Assembly (NCBI RefSeq): GCF_000143415.4
Contig: NW_003314318.1
Coordinates: forward strand, 620,001 to 684,000
From: Selaginella moellendorffii
Lineage: Eukaryota > Plantae > Lycopodiophyta
Direction of reading: 5' to 3'
DNA: 64,000 nt
A program made the position numbers and the translations under genes. A model generated the notes under the pieces. That model had not been told where the DNA came from and did not search any database. It worked only from the letters and a program-made list of their open reading frames with translations. Below, piece by piece: positions 1-15,017 of the stretch (position 1 is the first letter of the stretch; every line of letters starts with the position of its first letter).

Positions 1-727
1 CAAGGAGGTATTCTTGGATGGGCTGATCGATTTAATTCTTGATAAGGCCATGCCACTCAAAGCATGGCATTTTCACAATCTCACGGGAACGAGGTGCCAT
101 GGCAAGATGATTAAGAGGATTCTTGACGAAGGGTTTCTAGCTGTGGCTCTAGATTTGCTGAACGAGAAGTGTGATCAAGAGACCTTCACAAGTGTGATCC
201 TGGAATGCATAGCTGATAAACCTGGATGGTGGACGGAGAAACTAGCGCAGAAAATGGACACGATGAAGAGTCTAGGATACAAGCGTGAGATGGTCCTGTT
301 TGAGGATTATTTGCTCCTCTATTCAGAACCAGGGCATATCTTCCTTGAAATGGTGAACGAACATCCTAATCTTGCTGCAAAACCAGAGGTTTACCAAAAG
401 GTTTTTGACAGTTCGCCATCCGCTCACTCGGTCTTCAAGGAGGCAAGAGCTAAAGGCGTGGAGCTGGACTCAAAAAGTTTGAGCAATCTGCATTTGAGAG
501 CATCTGATGATATGAGTTTGGTACTGGACATGGTTGAGGAACCAGCAACAGCTTATAAGTTGGCGTTGAACAGTGCTCAAAACTTACATGACGTTGTCTC
601 CATTGTTAGAAAAGCTTGTGAGAAGGGAGTGGTGCTTGATCCAACTGAAAAGAAACTCAAACTTCGTCTTAAGCAGAGAGCGGAAGAGTGGGAAGACTTA
701 AATTGGAGGAACGACGCTGTGGGATGA
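1..727 (+). CDS. Uncharacterised alpha-helical protein, 5'-partial; paralog of 2762-4003
   Basis: The frame is open from the window start. It aligns by eye with the 413-aa ORF (ILDKAMPLKAWHFH vs ILDRAMPLHAWGFH; CDQETFT in both; EMVNEHP vs EMINEHP; VYQKVFDSS and KEARAKGV in both). No introns are evident. Confidence 0.7.
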   Translation, partial: KEVFLDGLIDLILDKAMPLKAWHFHNLTGTRCHGKMIKRILDEGFLAVALDLLNEKCDQETFTSVILECIADKPGWWTEKLAQKMDTMKSLGYKREMVLFEDYLLLYSEPGHIFLEMVNEHPNLAAKPEVYQKVFDSSPSAHSVFKEARAKGVELDSKSLSNLHLRASDDMSLVLDMVEEPATAYKLALNSAQNLHDVVSIVRKACEKGVVLDPTEKKLKLRLKQRAEEWEDLNWRNDAVG

Positions 728-818
728 TCCTAAGAATGGAATCCTTCTTTTCCCTAAAGTGCTTAAGCCCAAGAACCAAGAGACAATTCAAAACATAAAA
801 ATCAATCTAAAACAAATC

Positions 819-1992
819 CTAAGCGCATCCAGAGAAAGTACATCGCTTCCACATGGGGCAGCAAACGGCTTTCCAGGAAAAGCAACACGGAATGCCTGTG
901 AAGCCGCAGTGAATTCTCTTGTAGCACGGAACTGGGGGTGATGGCGGTGGAGATGGTCGCGGTCGTGGCGGCGGGGGCGGAGATGGTGGTGGTGGAGATG
1001 GCGGAGACGGTACCTTCGCTTTGACAGGAAAGTAGACGAAGCCATTTACTCCACATCGACCCAGTGGAAGGCCATGGTTTCCACGCTGCAGCCTCATGTA
1101 GCCTTTCTCTCCCCAGCTTGTCCCCGCCGAGTTTTTGATGATCCAATAGTCTTGGCCGTTTTCGGATCCATAGCCGACGATGAGCACTGCTAGATACGGA
1201 GTTGCCTGGTCGTCTTTGCACGGGCCCTTGTAAATCCCCTGCATTTTTAGAACTTTGGGCTTGAGCGAGTTTTCCTTCAAAAAAGAATGATTTTTCTCAT
1301 ACCCCTTTGTAGCGAAGGAACTCCGGCGCATTGCCATCGATTAGAGCTGTCACTGGCTGCTTGGCAACCTGCTTGACGATCTCAGTGTCGTCGCTGGAGC
1401 TGTAGAAATTGTCGTAATTGTCAATGCCTACGGAGTTGCGGTTCTGGAAGAGCACAACTTTTAGTAAAAAACAATGGAAACACAAGAGCACGCACGCACT
1501 TACGTGTTTTCGGCAGGTGCCATTGAATCCTGTGAAGCGGTAATCCGATGCGGTGGAGAGGCCATTCCCTGTGTCGACGAGGTATTCAAATGCGTTCTGG
1601 GGAAACCCGCTGTGGCAGCCATCGGTGCCGTAGCTCCGGGAGCAATCCAGCAGCTGCTGCGCCGACAGCTCCACCAACACTCCAGTCGCAATCTTGTTGA
1701 TTCCCTCGATGGCTTCTGCCGCCGCAAAAGCCCAGCTACCATCTGTATCGTGATATACCACTAAAGTGCGAAAAAAGGATTAAAGATTTATACTCTGGCA
1801 TCCTTTGCGATCTTTCACAGGTGTGACGGCCCCCAAACGTCTCCAGTCCATGGACTTGGGGGGACCAGAGCCAACGTCGCCAAACATTCTGATGCCTGCA
1901 TTACCATTCGGATTAGTATCACTTGCGGCATTTGGATCTGCAGCAAGCAGTAATAGGAGGATGGAAATCGAGACCAAGGGATGCAGAGACAT
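819..1992 (-). CDS. Papain-like (C1A) cysteine protease homolog, 4 exons, with Pro-rich linker and granulin-like Cys tail; catalytic residues substituted
   Basis: Signal peptide [18 protein letters not shown], then [54 protein letters not shown] and YWIIKNS.G.SWGEKGY. GT-AG introns lie at about 1793-1743, 1503-1444 and 1301-1239. The tail is C-x5-C-x6-CC-x6-CC-x5-C. Confidence 0.88.
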
Positions 1993-2761
1993 TCTTAGGG
2001 AGTTTCTTATCTCGAGAGAACGAAGGGTTATATAGCAGGTCACAACACCCCACGAGACTCATGCGGGTGAACACACTGTCCATCACACTAACACATTGAT
2101 AGAGACTTGGTTGACTTGAACAGATTTACTACTGAGAATGAAGTCAAGGATAGACAACGCACGAGGCTGGCTTAGAAATGGCATGGCAAGTAAACAATTG
2201 GGAACCTCTGAAGTGCTTGAATGAATATTGGCGGCTCGTCCAATCCACAGCTTGAATATTTCGCCAACTCGCATCTCTGGAATATCATTTATCAGAACTC
2301 CGCGTTTGCAGCCTCGCAATAGAGAAGACATCGAATCTTACACGAAAGCGCTGAGATTTCAACCCAGCCGTACGGAACATGGTCAAATGTGTGATCACCT
2401 CCACCTCCATCTGAATGGAAACACCGAGTAAGAACCAAAACAAGAAAACTCTCTCGAGAACCTTAAAGTCGTAGTTGTGAATCTGGATCCAGCGTGTATG
2501 AAAAATGAAAAACTTGGGCTGAATCCGCCCATGAGCTGGAAGACGAGCTCCAGGGGCAGCGGTGCTGGCGGCTGTGCATGTGCCAATCCCGAGATATGGA
2601 TCCCAAATTGTCCTCGTAACCCACCCTGTTCTTCCACGATGATCTCAGTAGCTTTACAATCGCCATGGCGGGATTGATCACTGTCACCCGGATATCGATA
2701 TGGCCTTTGGAAAAGTTACCTTGGCTAATATCCATACCTATTACTAAAAGTTCCAAAAGGG

Positions 2762-4003
2762 ATGAGGGCGAGGGAGGTCTTGGCTGTGGTGATAGAGAAT
2801 CAGGAGCTGGACACGGATTTCTGCAGTGCGCTTGGCAAACTCTACTTAGAATTCGAGGAGCTCTTCCCGGACGAGGTAATCAACGTGATTTTGGATAGGG
2901 CAATGCCACTGCATGCATGGGGATTCCACAAGGTGACCAACAAGAGATGTCACAGCAGGATGGTGCAGAGGGTTCTTGATGGCGGTTTTATGATGCTGGC
3001 TCTAGACATGCTGGACGAAACTTGCGACCAGGAGACGTTTACAAGAGTTCTTGCGCACCCGCACCAATATAATCACAGGGAATACACTGGAGTGCTGAAG
3101 CACAAGGTGTCCTCTGCCATGGAAAAGATGAGGAAACTGAATCTGAGGAGGGAGATTCTGGTGTTTGAGAATCTGGTCCATTTGCACTTTGCTCCTGAGG
3201 ATTTGGAGAGGCTGTTTCGAGAGATGATCAATGAGCATCCTTGTATAACAGCAGAGCTAAGTGTCTACCAGAAAGTTTTCGATTCCTCGCACAAGCTAAG
3301 TTTCAAACACTTGGTTGCAAAGGAGGCCAGGGCCAAGGGCGTCAAGCTGGTGGTAAGCTCAAACCTCTTAGAAAGTAGCAGTGGTTATAGTGATGATGAT
3401 TGGAGGAAGATAATGGGTCTAGTACTTGAGATTGTCGAGGAGCCAGTGCAAGCTTATCAGATCATGCTGAACAAATCCCAGGACGCTGATGTTGTCACGT
3501 CTATCATCAGAGAAGCCATCTGCATGGGAATGGCACTGGATGTTACACCCAAGCTGGTCAAGAAGCATTTGTATTTTGATCTCCAGGAAAGGCTGGGGAA
3601 GCATTTTCTCGTCACAAACTTAAAGAAGGGGCTGATTAAGCTAAACGACGAGGCACTAGCCAAGAGTTTAGACGATCACAACTCCAGTGCCGGTGTGGTG
3701 TTTGAGCTCGCAACAAGAGCAACAAGTCAGGGCTTCCCTCGGGTTTTGGAGGAGATTCTTTGCACCGAGAAGAATCCCGAAGTTGCTCGTTTGATGTTCC
3801 AGTTCGAGGCCTTCTGTAACCTGGTGGAGCCAAATGAAAAGACATGCAAGCTTCTGGCTAATAAACTCTTGAAAAAGGATATGGTAATTGAAGCCCAGTT
3901 TGTGATAGATACGTGCTGCAGAACTCACCCCAAATCGCTGATTGAGAAAAACTTTGGTGATGAGGAGAATGAGGAAAACTTTGGTGATGAGGAGAGTGAC
4001 TAG
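2762..4003 (+). CDS. Uncharacterised intronless 413-aa alpha-helical protein (lineage-specific family)
   Basis: Long ATG-initiated ORF with an acidic C-terminus built from a 27-bp duplication (ENFGDEE x2). It has a paralog at 1-727. Confidence 0.75.
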   Translation: MRAREVLAVVIENQELDTDFCSALGKLYLEFEELFPDEVINVILDRAMPLHAWGFHKVTNKRCHSRMVQRVLDGGFMMLALDMLDETCDQETFTRVLAHPHQYNHREYTGVLKHKVSSAMEKMRKLNLRREILVFENLVHLHFAPEDLERLFREMINEHPCITAELSVYQKVFDSSHKLSFKHLVAKEARAKGVKLVVSSNLLESSSGYSDDDWRKIMGLVLEIVEEPVQAYQIMLNKSQDADVVTSIIREAICMGMALDVTPKLVKKHLYFDLQERLGKHFLVTNLKKGLIKLNDEALAKSLDDHNSSAGVVFELATRATSQGFPRVLEEILCTEKNPEVARLMFQFEAFCNLVEPNEKTCKLLANKLLKKDMVIEAQFVIDTCCRTHPKSLIEKNFGDEENEENFGDEESD

Positions 4004-4114
4004 CTTTTAAACATGTTTAAAAGATATGACAGAAAAATACATACATGTTTAAGGAGAGCATCCATATGCAGTACATTTATTTGTTCCACCAGGGGCCGGG
4101 ACGAAACAAAGCTG

Positions 4115-4515
4115 CAGCTAATCCTCTTGTAGCACGGAACTGGGGGTGATGGCGGAGAGAGATAGTCGAGGAGAGGGCGGCGGTGGAGATGGCGGTGGTG
4201 GTGGAGACGATCATGCAGATGGTTCTCTGATGGGAAGTAGACAATGGCGTTCACCCTGCATCGAACCAGTGGGAGGCAATGGGCTCCATGCTGCAACCTC
4301 ATGTATTCGCTGTTGTTGGATCTATAGCCGACGATGAGCACTGCTAGATATAGACTTGCCTGGTCGTCTTTGCACGGGCCTTGCATTTTTAGGGTCTCCT
4401 TCACAAAAGAAGAAAAGAATGATTTTTCTCATACCCCTTTGTTAGTTAAATTCATCTGTTACGGCCTGAGGATGTCCATGTCATTGCTGGAGCTGTAGAT
4501 ATTGTCATAGTTGTA
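4115..4515 (-). pseudogene. Degenerate 3' fragment of the papain-like gene
   Basis: [25 protein letters not shown] and PPVPCYKRI are retained, with deletions and frameshifts. Confidence 0.75.
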
Positions 4516-4908
4516 CCAATTCCAAAAGAGATGCTGACATGCAAAGTTTAAAACCATGGAAGTTTTCTCTGCAAGTCTGGTGGCTTAAGGGCACATGCTT
4601 ACACAACAACCTCTATAAATTTGGACGTTAAAACCATTATTCAGTCGTTGGTCTGGAGGCAAACTTTTAACGACGTATTTCACCAAATGCTATGCAAGTC
4701 CATGGTGGGATGGGATCAAATGAACGCTAATTTGAGTTTCTTTTAAACAAGTTTGAAGTTTGGAATTCGTGACATCTAAGGGAATTTAGTCATGTTTAAA
4801 GAGAGTAGCTCATTTTAACGCGAAGTGTGGAACGGCAAAATAAAACTGCAGCTAACCCACGGAAGGTCGAGGAGAGGGTGGCGGCAAAGATGACGGTGGT
4901 GGTGGTGG

Positions 4909-5904
4909 CTATGGAGATGGTCGTACCTTCTTTTTGACAGGAAAGTAGACGGAGCCATTTACTCCACATCGACCCAGTGGAAGGCCATGGTTTCCACGCT
5001 GCAGCCTCATGTAGCCTTTCTCTCCCCAGCTTGTCCCCGCCGAGTTTTTGATGATCCAATAGTCTTGGCCGTTTTCGGATCCATAGCCGACGATGAGCAC
5101 TGCTAGATACGGAGTTGCCTGGTCGTCTTTGCACGGGCCCTTGTAAATCCCCTGCATTTTTAGAACTTTGGGCTTGAGCGAGTTTTCCTTCAAAAACGAA
5201 TGATTTTTCTCATACCCCTTTGTAGCGAAGGAACTCCGGCGCGTTGCCATCGATGAGAGCTGTCACTGGCTGCTTGGCAACCTGCTTGACGATCTCAGTG
5301 TCGTCGCTGGAGCCGTAGAAATTGTCGTAATTGTCAATGCTTACGGAGTAGCGGTTCTGGAAGAGCACAACTTTAGTGAAAAACAATGGAAACACAAGAG
5401 CACGCACGCACTTACGTGTTTTCGGCAGGTGCCATTGAATCCTGTGAAGCGGTAATCTGATGCGGTGGAGAGGCCATTCCTTGTGTCGTCAAGATATGCA
5501 AATGCGTTCTGGGGAAACCCGCTGTGGCAGCCATCGCTGCCGTAGCTGCGGGAGCAATCCAGCAGCTGCTGCGCCGACAGCTCCACCAACACTCCAGTCG
5601 CAATCTTGTTGATTCCCTCGATGGCTTCTGCCGCCGCAAAAGCCCAGCTACCATCTGTATCGTGATATACCACTAAAGTGCGAAAAAAGGATTAAAGATT
5701 TATACTCTGGCATCCTTTGCGATCTTTCACAGGTGTGACGGCCCCCAAACGTCTCCAGTCCATGGACTTGGGGGGATCAGAGCCAACGTCGCCAAACATT
5801 CTGATGCCTGCATTACCATTCGGATTAGTATCACTTGCGGCATTTGCATTTGCAGCAAGCAGTAATAGGAGGATGGAAAGCGAGACCAAGGGATGCAGAG
5901 ACAT
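4909..5904 (-). CDS. Second papain-like pseudo-protease copy, C-terminally truncated (no Cys tail)
   Basis: Near-identical to 1020-1992, including introns. A stop follows [10 protein letters not shown] at 4909. Confidence 0.8.
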
Positions 5905-6079
5905 TCTTAGGGTGTTTCTTATCTCGAGAGAACGAAGGGTTATATTAGCAGGTCACAACACCCCACGAGACTCATGCGGGTGAACAGTGTTGGTTGACGT
6001 GAACAGATTTGCTACTGAGAATGAGTCAAGGATAGACAATGCACGAGGCTGGCTAAGAACTGGCATGGCAAGTAAACAA

Positions 6080-6275
6080 TCTGGCATCCTTTACGATCTT
6101 TCACAGTGTGACGGCTCCCAAAGTTCTCCAGTCGATGGATTTGGGAGGATCAGAGCCAACGTGGCCAAACATTCTGATGCGTGCATCACCATCCAGATTA
6201 CTATCACTGGCGGCATTTGCATTTGCAGCAAGCAGTAGGAGAAACGAAAGCGAGACCAAGAGGCGAGGAGACATT
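6080..6275 (-). pseudogene. Orphan degenerate copy of papain-like exon 1
   Basis: Sequence matches 5708-5905 with indels and is not followed by exon 2. Confidence 0.65.
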
Positions 6276-6955
6276 CTTAGAGAGTGGCTTATCTCGTTAA
6301 AACGAAGGGTTATTACAGCAGTTACAGCATCCCACGAGACTCATGCGGTCGCACTACTGTCGATCTTATGGCTGGGACAAATAAACGTGCATTGCATGAA
6401 ACTGAAGACTCTTTGCAAGTTGGCAAAGGATATACAATGCAAATGAGGATCCTTGGCTCAAGACAAAATGGCATCGCAAAAACAAACAGGGGAGAGAGAG
6501 AGAGAGAGAGAGAGAATTTAAACTCTACCTCTGAAATGTTTGTACGGCTCCTCGAATCCAGACTTTCAGTCTAGCTTGAGCTCCGCATCTCTGGAATACC
6601 ATTCATCAGCACTCGCGTACTTGCAATCTTGCAAAAGCTTGCCTGTCGGCATTTGATAGATACGAAAGCGCTGAGATTTCAACCCAGCCGTTCGAACTAT
6701 GGTCGAATGTGTGATCACCTCCACCTGCATCTGGATCAAACACACCGAGTAAGAACCAAAACACAACAAAAAAATAAGAAAGAAAGAAAAAAAAAACACT
6801 CTCGGGTACCTTAAAGTCGTAGTTGTGGATCTCCGGATCCGGATCTCCCACAGAGGCAAAGGCACACCCATAGAACCTATGAAAAACTCGGGCTGAATCC
6901 AAGAAGACCGCGGGTGAAAAACGTCCTCCACAATCGCATAGCCAGTAGGCAGACC

Positions 6956-7404
6956 TCACCTCGGTATCTCGAGATCCGCATGGTAGAAATCCACGCTCTT
7001 GCTTGGATTGGTGGTGTTGAGGATGCAAAACATGACGAACCTCAGCGTGTAAGCGTAGTGGTTTCCTTTCCCTTCTAGCTGCTGCTGCTCCACAAGCTCT
7101 GGATCCACTGGGATCACCTGTCCATACATCATCTCCATGAACTGGACGGCCGGGCGAGGATGGTGGTAGAGCTGGAAATCCAAGAGGACCAAGTAGTAAA
7201 CGAGCCCAGCAGCCACGGAGAGGATTCCAATGACCAGGAGCAATCGAAAGAGCTTGGAAACTCGGCCTCGGAGATCTCCCTAAAGTGCCCGGAATCCATG
7301 AGCAAGGGCAGCGGTGGAGCTGCCGGCTTTGTGCCAATCCCGAGATATGGATCCCCATTCCCATTCTCTTCGTCGGCCTCGTAACTCTGACCCCGTTCTT
7401 CCAC
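6956..7404 (-). pseudogene. Possible LEA_2/NDR1-HIN1-like membrane protein gene (intron or frameshift unresolved)
   Basis: TM segment LLLVIGILSVAAGLVYYLVL, then HPRPAVQF and NPSKSVDFYH, reminiscent of the NHL NPN..IYY motif. The N-terminal part is in another frame. A decayed paralogous piece lies at about 2330-2670. Confidence 0.35.
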
Positions 7405-7811
7405 GATGCCTTCCAGCCCCTCGCCGCGTCATTCTCGCCATGGCGATCGATGTCCCGGGACGGAAGGTTGATCGGAGCGCAGTAATGCCATATTTCAGGG
7501 ATTTCGCGCGCTGGAAAGCTACTGCGCGATCGGGCTCGGCCCCGACCTAAGGGCCGATTTCTTAAGGCGATCGCTGTTACCCTCACCTGGAGGAGCTGAT
7601 GTCGATAGCTCGGCGCTGCTGTTATCGATCGAGGAAGTAGGCGGCAGCGCCGTTGCCATACATGATCCAGCCCAGGCGAGAGCGCATTGCTCCTGGCGCC
7701 CATCCATAGGCATTAGGGCTGACACCACTCAACAATTTTATTTTTAGAGAAATGGCGGGAAGTTTTTGAATTTGAATTTAAAACATTAAAACTTTACGCG
7801 CGAGACGAGTG

Positions 7812-10713
7812 TTAGGAGTTCTTCTCGCTCGCCCACTTCTCGTCTGTCCCAGCGGCAAGGCTCGCTAGATTTAAAGTGTAGAGGGCCTGAGCTTCCGGAT
7901 CCCCGGTTTCCTCGATGGTTTTGCCCAGAGATTCGGTCATCTCCGACACGAGCTCGCTGTTGTCTTGCATCAACACCTCCACCGCGCTCTGGATCGTGCT
8001 CTTGCCGCTGCTGCTGGCGCCCTCTAGCATTCGGGAGCTCAGCGTTCGCACGGCTTCGATCGCGTCGTCCAGCCTCTTGAGGTATATGTACGTGATCATG
8101 ACTTTGAGAATGGTGTAGGAGTTTGGAGGGATGTTGCGGTCTTTCATGTCGTCTATCAAGAACTCGATCATGTCGATACGACCCTGAGAAGAGAATTTAG
8201 ACTAGAAAAGGTAAACCCGCAAACGAAAGGCAAGATAGCTCACCCGGACTGCCGCAGCACCTATGATTGTGTTAAACGAGTAGATATCCGCCTCTATGCC
8301 CGTTCTATCCATTGTCTGGATAACTTCCAGTGCCGATTCTAGCTCGTTTGCAGCACAAAGAACCTGGATGTATCAGCCGAATCAGAATAGAATAGAAGGA
8401 AAAACTAAACAGGTTGGCTGCTGACCTTGATGAGCGAATTGTATGTAACCGAATCCGGACTAAGGCCGTTGTCTTGTAGCCGCTTTAAAAGCTCGTTGGC
8501 ATAAGTTACATCTTTAGACCGCAGGCATCCATAGATCATAATGTTGTACGAGTGAAGATTTGGCTTGAGATTCTTTGCAGACATCCTGGTAAAGAGTTCC
8601 TTGGCTTCTGAAAACTGTGAAGGGTTAGACCGACGTATAGAGCAGCCAAACTCTAAAGATGGGACGTGCAAACCTGGTCGAACATAATGCATGAGTACAT
8701 TGCAGTATTGTATGCAAAAGCGTCCAAGAATGGAGCTCCATCCTCTGCAGAGAAAGCTTCTGCGTTTAATAGCCGCTTGAGAGCAGGACCAAGCATTCCT
8801 TCTGATCCTAATCCTCGCATCTAGTTGAAGGATGAAAAGAAGGAACCAATTAGCCGCTATGAACATAAGGTTTTACATACCAGAGCCGTCAGAGACTGAC
8901 GTGAATGCTGAATGCCAGAGGCCAGCATATCTGCTTCAAGCGCTCCCAGTCTGCTAGTCAAGTCCTCGTGAGACGACTGATCACCCCCTGCATATGGGAC
9001 GCTAACGCTACCAAAATTGCAAAAAAGGGCCGTGTACGTGCAGATGTCCGGAGGTACACGCGCGGTTTTCATTGTTCTCAGTACACGCAGGGCACGATCT
9101 TGTTCATTCTGTTAGAGAAAAAGTAAGGTCAGAGTACTCCTAGTATCTTTCATACCGTCAGTGAGCACGCCTGAAAAATGAAGTTGAACGCATGAGCAGT
9201 GGGCCGTTGACTAGGCTTGGCTTTCAGCATTTGTTCCAACAGGTTCTCAGCTTTATCTAGCTCTGAGTTTCTGCAGTAGCATTCCACGATAGCACCATAG
9301 ATTGCACTATCAGGTTCTATTCCTCTGGACTCCATGTTCTGAACCTGGTAAAATGCAGGGACAATGTCATAACGATTCAGGAAATTCAGAACTGCTGCTT
9401 ACAAGCTTAAGTCCATATTCTACACCTCTCCCTTTTACAACAGCTCGAATGACAGCGTCGTAAGTGACGATCGTTACAGGTATTTCCATCCGATTCATCT
9501 GTAGTAATCAAATAATTAATATGGAGTATCGAAACCAAATTTGCATTACCTTACCTCCGAAAACATCATCTCTGCTAGTTGATACTGACCCGTTTTGCCT
9601 GCTGTGCTGATGATTGCGTTGAAAACCTCAGTAACCGCCGGAGGAATACTTTCGGAAAGCTTCATTTCTTCAGCAATATGATCCAGCATCTCTTGCAAAA
9701 TGATTAGTGCCTCACCAAGATCACTTCCCCGGCAAAGCGATATGATGTAAGTGCGATAAGAGTTAAACGAAGGGGAATAAATACTTTTCAGCTCGATCCA
9801 CAAGCTCTTTGTCAAACTAAGATCTTGCTTTTTTCCTGCAAGCTGCGAAAAGAGTTACAGCGGTCGAAATTAAGCCAAAATCTATCTCGACTTACCCTGA
9901 GAAGTTCAATGTAAGTCTGTTGATTTTTCTCCACCTTTCTACTGGTCATCAACTTGAGACACTTATCTGCATGAATGCTGCTGCCAGCGGATGCGCAACC
10001 GTTCAACACACTGTTAAACATGAAGACGTAATCCACACCATCACCCCCAGTCGCAGATTCCAGCATTTCCATGGCCTGAGAGGACCATGAGAACAGTGTA
10101 ATGACCTTCCAGGCATTAATGAAGCTTTTGATACCTCGTCCAGATTTCCAGCACGGCTCATAGCACCAAGAAGATGAGTGTCGCACCGCTCGTTGGTTTC
10201 CATGCCAAGCTCTTTCATGAATCTAATTATCTGCCTCGCTAGCTGGAGAGACTTGTCTCTGTGAGTGATCCCAGGATCAAGAGATGACAAACTTACCTGA
10301 AAGTTTCCAGCCAGGGAGCACTGATAGAGAAACTCGTTACAGCTTGTAGCAGTCAGCATCTCATACTTACTTAGATCCGGAAGGAGCTCCATTGCCTTGT
10401 CATTCTGCCCGGCCCTGATGGCCTCGACGAGCCGCGACATCAAATTCCAATTTTTGAGCTTCTCAAAGCCATCAATCTGCGACTCCCCATCTCCACACGG
10501 TTCTTTTGCTTCATGATCCTCCGCATTGTGTTTCTGAGAATCAGGAACGCCATGCGCGGTCGATTTCGGACCTTCCGGCTTGCTTCCTGGCCGGAAATGT
10601 GTGTAAGAAAAAGCAAGATCGCGATCCTAGAGACGAATTTCACCTGGATTGAGGCAGAAACTCCGGCGATTTAGCACTCCAAGCCTCGCCGCGGCCCTCC
10701 ATCGCAGCAGCAT
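7812..10713 (-). CDS. P-type pentatricopeptide repeat protein, multi-exon, probably mitochondrial
   Basis: PPR signatures across exons (PNLHSYNIMIYG, PDSVTYNSLIK, PDICTYTAL, PDSAIYGAIVECYCR, FNAIISTAGKTG). The first exon encodes an Arg-rich presequence, MLLRWRAAARLGVLNRRSFC. A telo-box AAACCCTAA lies at about 10734-10742. Confidence 0.85.
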
Positions 10714-11085
10714 TTCCTCATGAATGACACGATAAACCCTAAACCCGGTGTAGACCTAATTCTTCTAGAGTAAGAATATTTGGTAGCTGGAACCTTTGAT
10801 GGTACTCGCGATCAAACTTACCTTAGACCTTGGCTTGGAGGACAAAGTAAATTTGATAATATGTCAAGGTAGCGATAGACATCGCGCAACCAACGACTAC
10901 AGTGATGGCAGCTTGACCTCCCAACAGCCCGCCAATCGCCAGCCGTCCATTTCAAATCAAGCCGTCGATCTCTGACGCATATTCTTATCAGCCTTGGGAA
11001 TATTTAAACTTTGAAAAAGGGGGAATACTTTGGGGAGAGGCGAGAAGGGGGCGAAGTCTACCCGCATTGAGTGTAGCGCTGTGCG

Positions 11086-11850
11086 ATGAGGATCCATTCC
11101 CTTCTCCTCGCCGCTCTCGCCGCCTGGATTTCGATCTACGCCACTAGGGCAGCGGCGAAAACGTTCAACATCACGAAGGAGCTCGAGGGTCACCCCAATT
11201 TCTCGGAATTCAACGATGCGCTCACGGAATCCGGCCTCGCGCGCAGCATCAACGCGCGGCGATCCATCACGGTGTGCGTCCTCACGAATTCGCAGATGAA
11301 GAGCTTGAAGGCGACCTTGGGCAATGGCTCGACGGACATCAAGCGCGTGGCGGCCTTCATCCGCCCGCTGATTCTCCTCACATTCATCGATCCATCCAAC
11401 CCTCACACCGCGCGGAGCATCAACGGCAGCCAGCAAGTGAGCTCCATGTACCAGGCCGCCGGGACTGCCATCTCCGACCAAGGCATCGCCAATCTCACGC
11501 GGACCAAGAAGGGCAGTGGGCTCGAAATCGTGACCGCCGGTGGCTCCAACACGACCATCACAAAGGCCGTCAGGACCATTGGATTCGACCTCAGCATTGT
11601 CCAGGTCAGCAACTACGTGGCTCCGGATGGTGTCGTGGAGGCTGAGGATAGGCCGGTGGTTCCTGACGGGGCGCTCGCGCCTGCCGTGGCGGCCAAAGCC
11701 CCGCCGCCCCCAGTCTCCACCGACGAGGATTCCTCCTCCACGGACGATGAGAACGTGGACAGCCCTCCATCTCTAGCCAATCGGCTGAGCTCCACCGCGA
11801 TTTGGGGCGCATTGGGCGCCTTGGGTTGCGCAATCGTGATCGTTCTCTAG
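11086..11850 (+). CDS. Fasciclin-like arabinogalactan protein (single FAS1 domain, GPI-anchor type)
   Basis: Signal peptide, then FNITKEL..HPNFSEFNDAL..SGLA..IN.R.SITVCVLTN (FAS1 H1) and SIVQVS (H2), an Ala/Pro-rich linker and a hydrophobic C-terminal tail. Confidence 0.88.
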   Translation: MRIHSLLLAALAAWISIYATRAAAKTFNITKELEGHPNFSEFNDALTESGLARSINARRSITVCVLTNSQMKSLKATLGNGSTDIKRVAAFIRPLILLTFIDPSNPHTARSINGSQQVSSMYQAAGTAISDQGIANLTRTKKGSGLEIVTAGGSNTTITKAVRTIGFDLSIVQVSNYVAPDGVVEAEDRPVVPDGALAPAVAAKAPPPPVSTDEDSSSTDDENVDSPPSLANRLSSTAIWGALGALGCAIVIVL

Positions 11851-12039
11851 TTTAGGGTTAGATCGGTTGGGCTCCATTGTCGCTTAGATCCAGTGTGTGT
11901 GTGTCTGTGTGTGTAAAAGATTGCATTTGAAACTTGTACGAATTTGTACGAACTTCGGTGCGTGTACGATATTGTAAAACCCTGGCCCAAAACATCGGTG
12001 TACGGTAGCGCCACTTAAGAGCCCTAAACCCTGGAAGCG

Positions 12040-14897
<2,858 letters not shown>

Positions 14898-15017
14898 TGA
14901 TTCGGTATATTCGATTTTTGATTCGAACGAGTTTTGTTTAACCTCAAAGTAAAAAGATTATGTTACTGTTAAACATTTTGTCATTGTTCTTTAACCCTTA
15001 TTTGCCCTAAAGTGGAA

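Noticed and set aside
6606-7703. 365-aa minus-strand ORF
   Set aside because: It has no recognisable domain and an Arg/Pro/Ser composition typical of off-frame GC-rich sequence. The protein-like segments lie in other frames.
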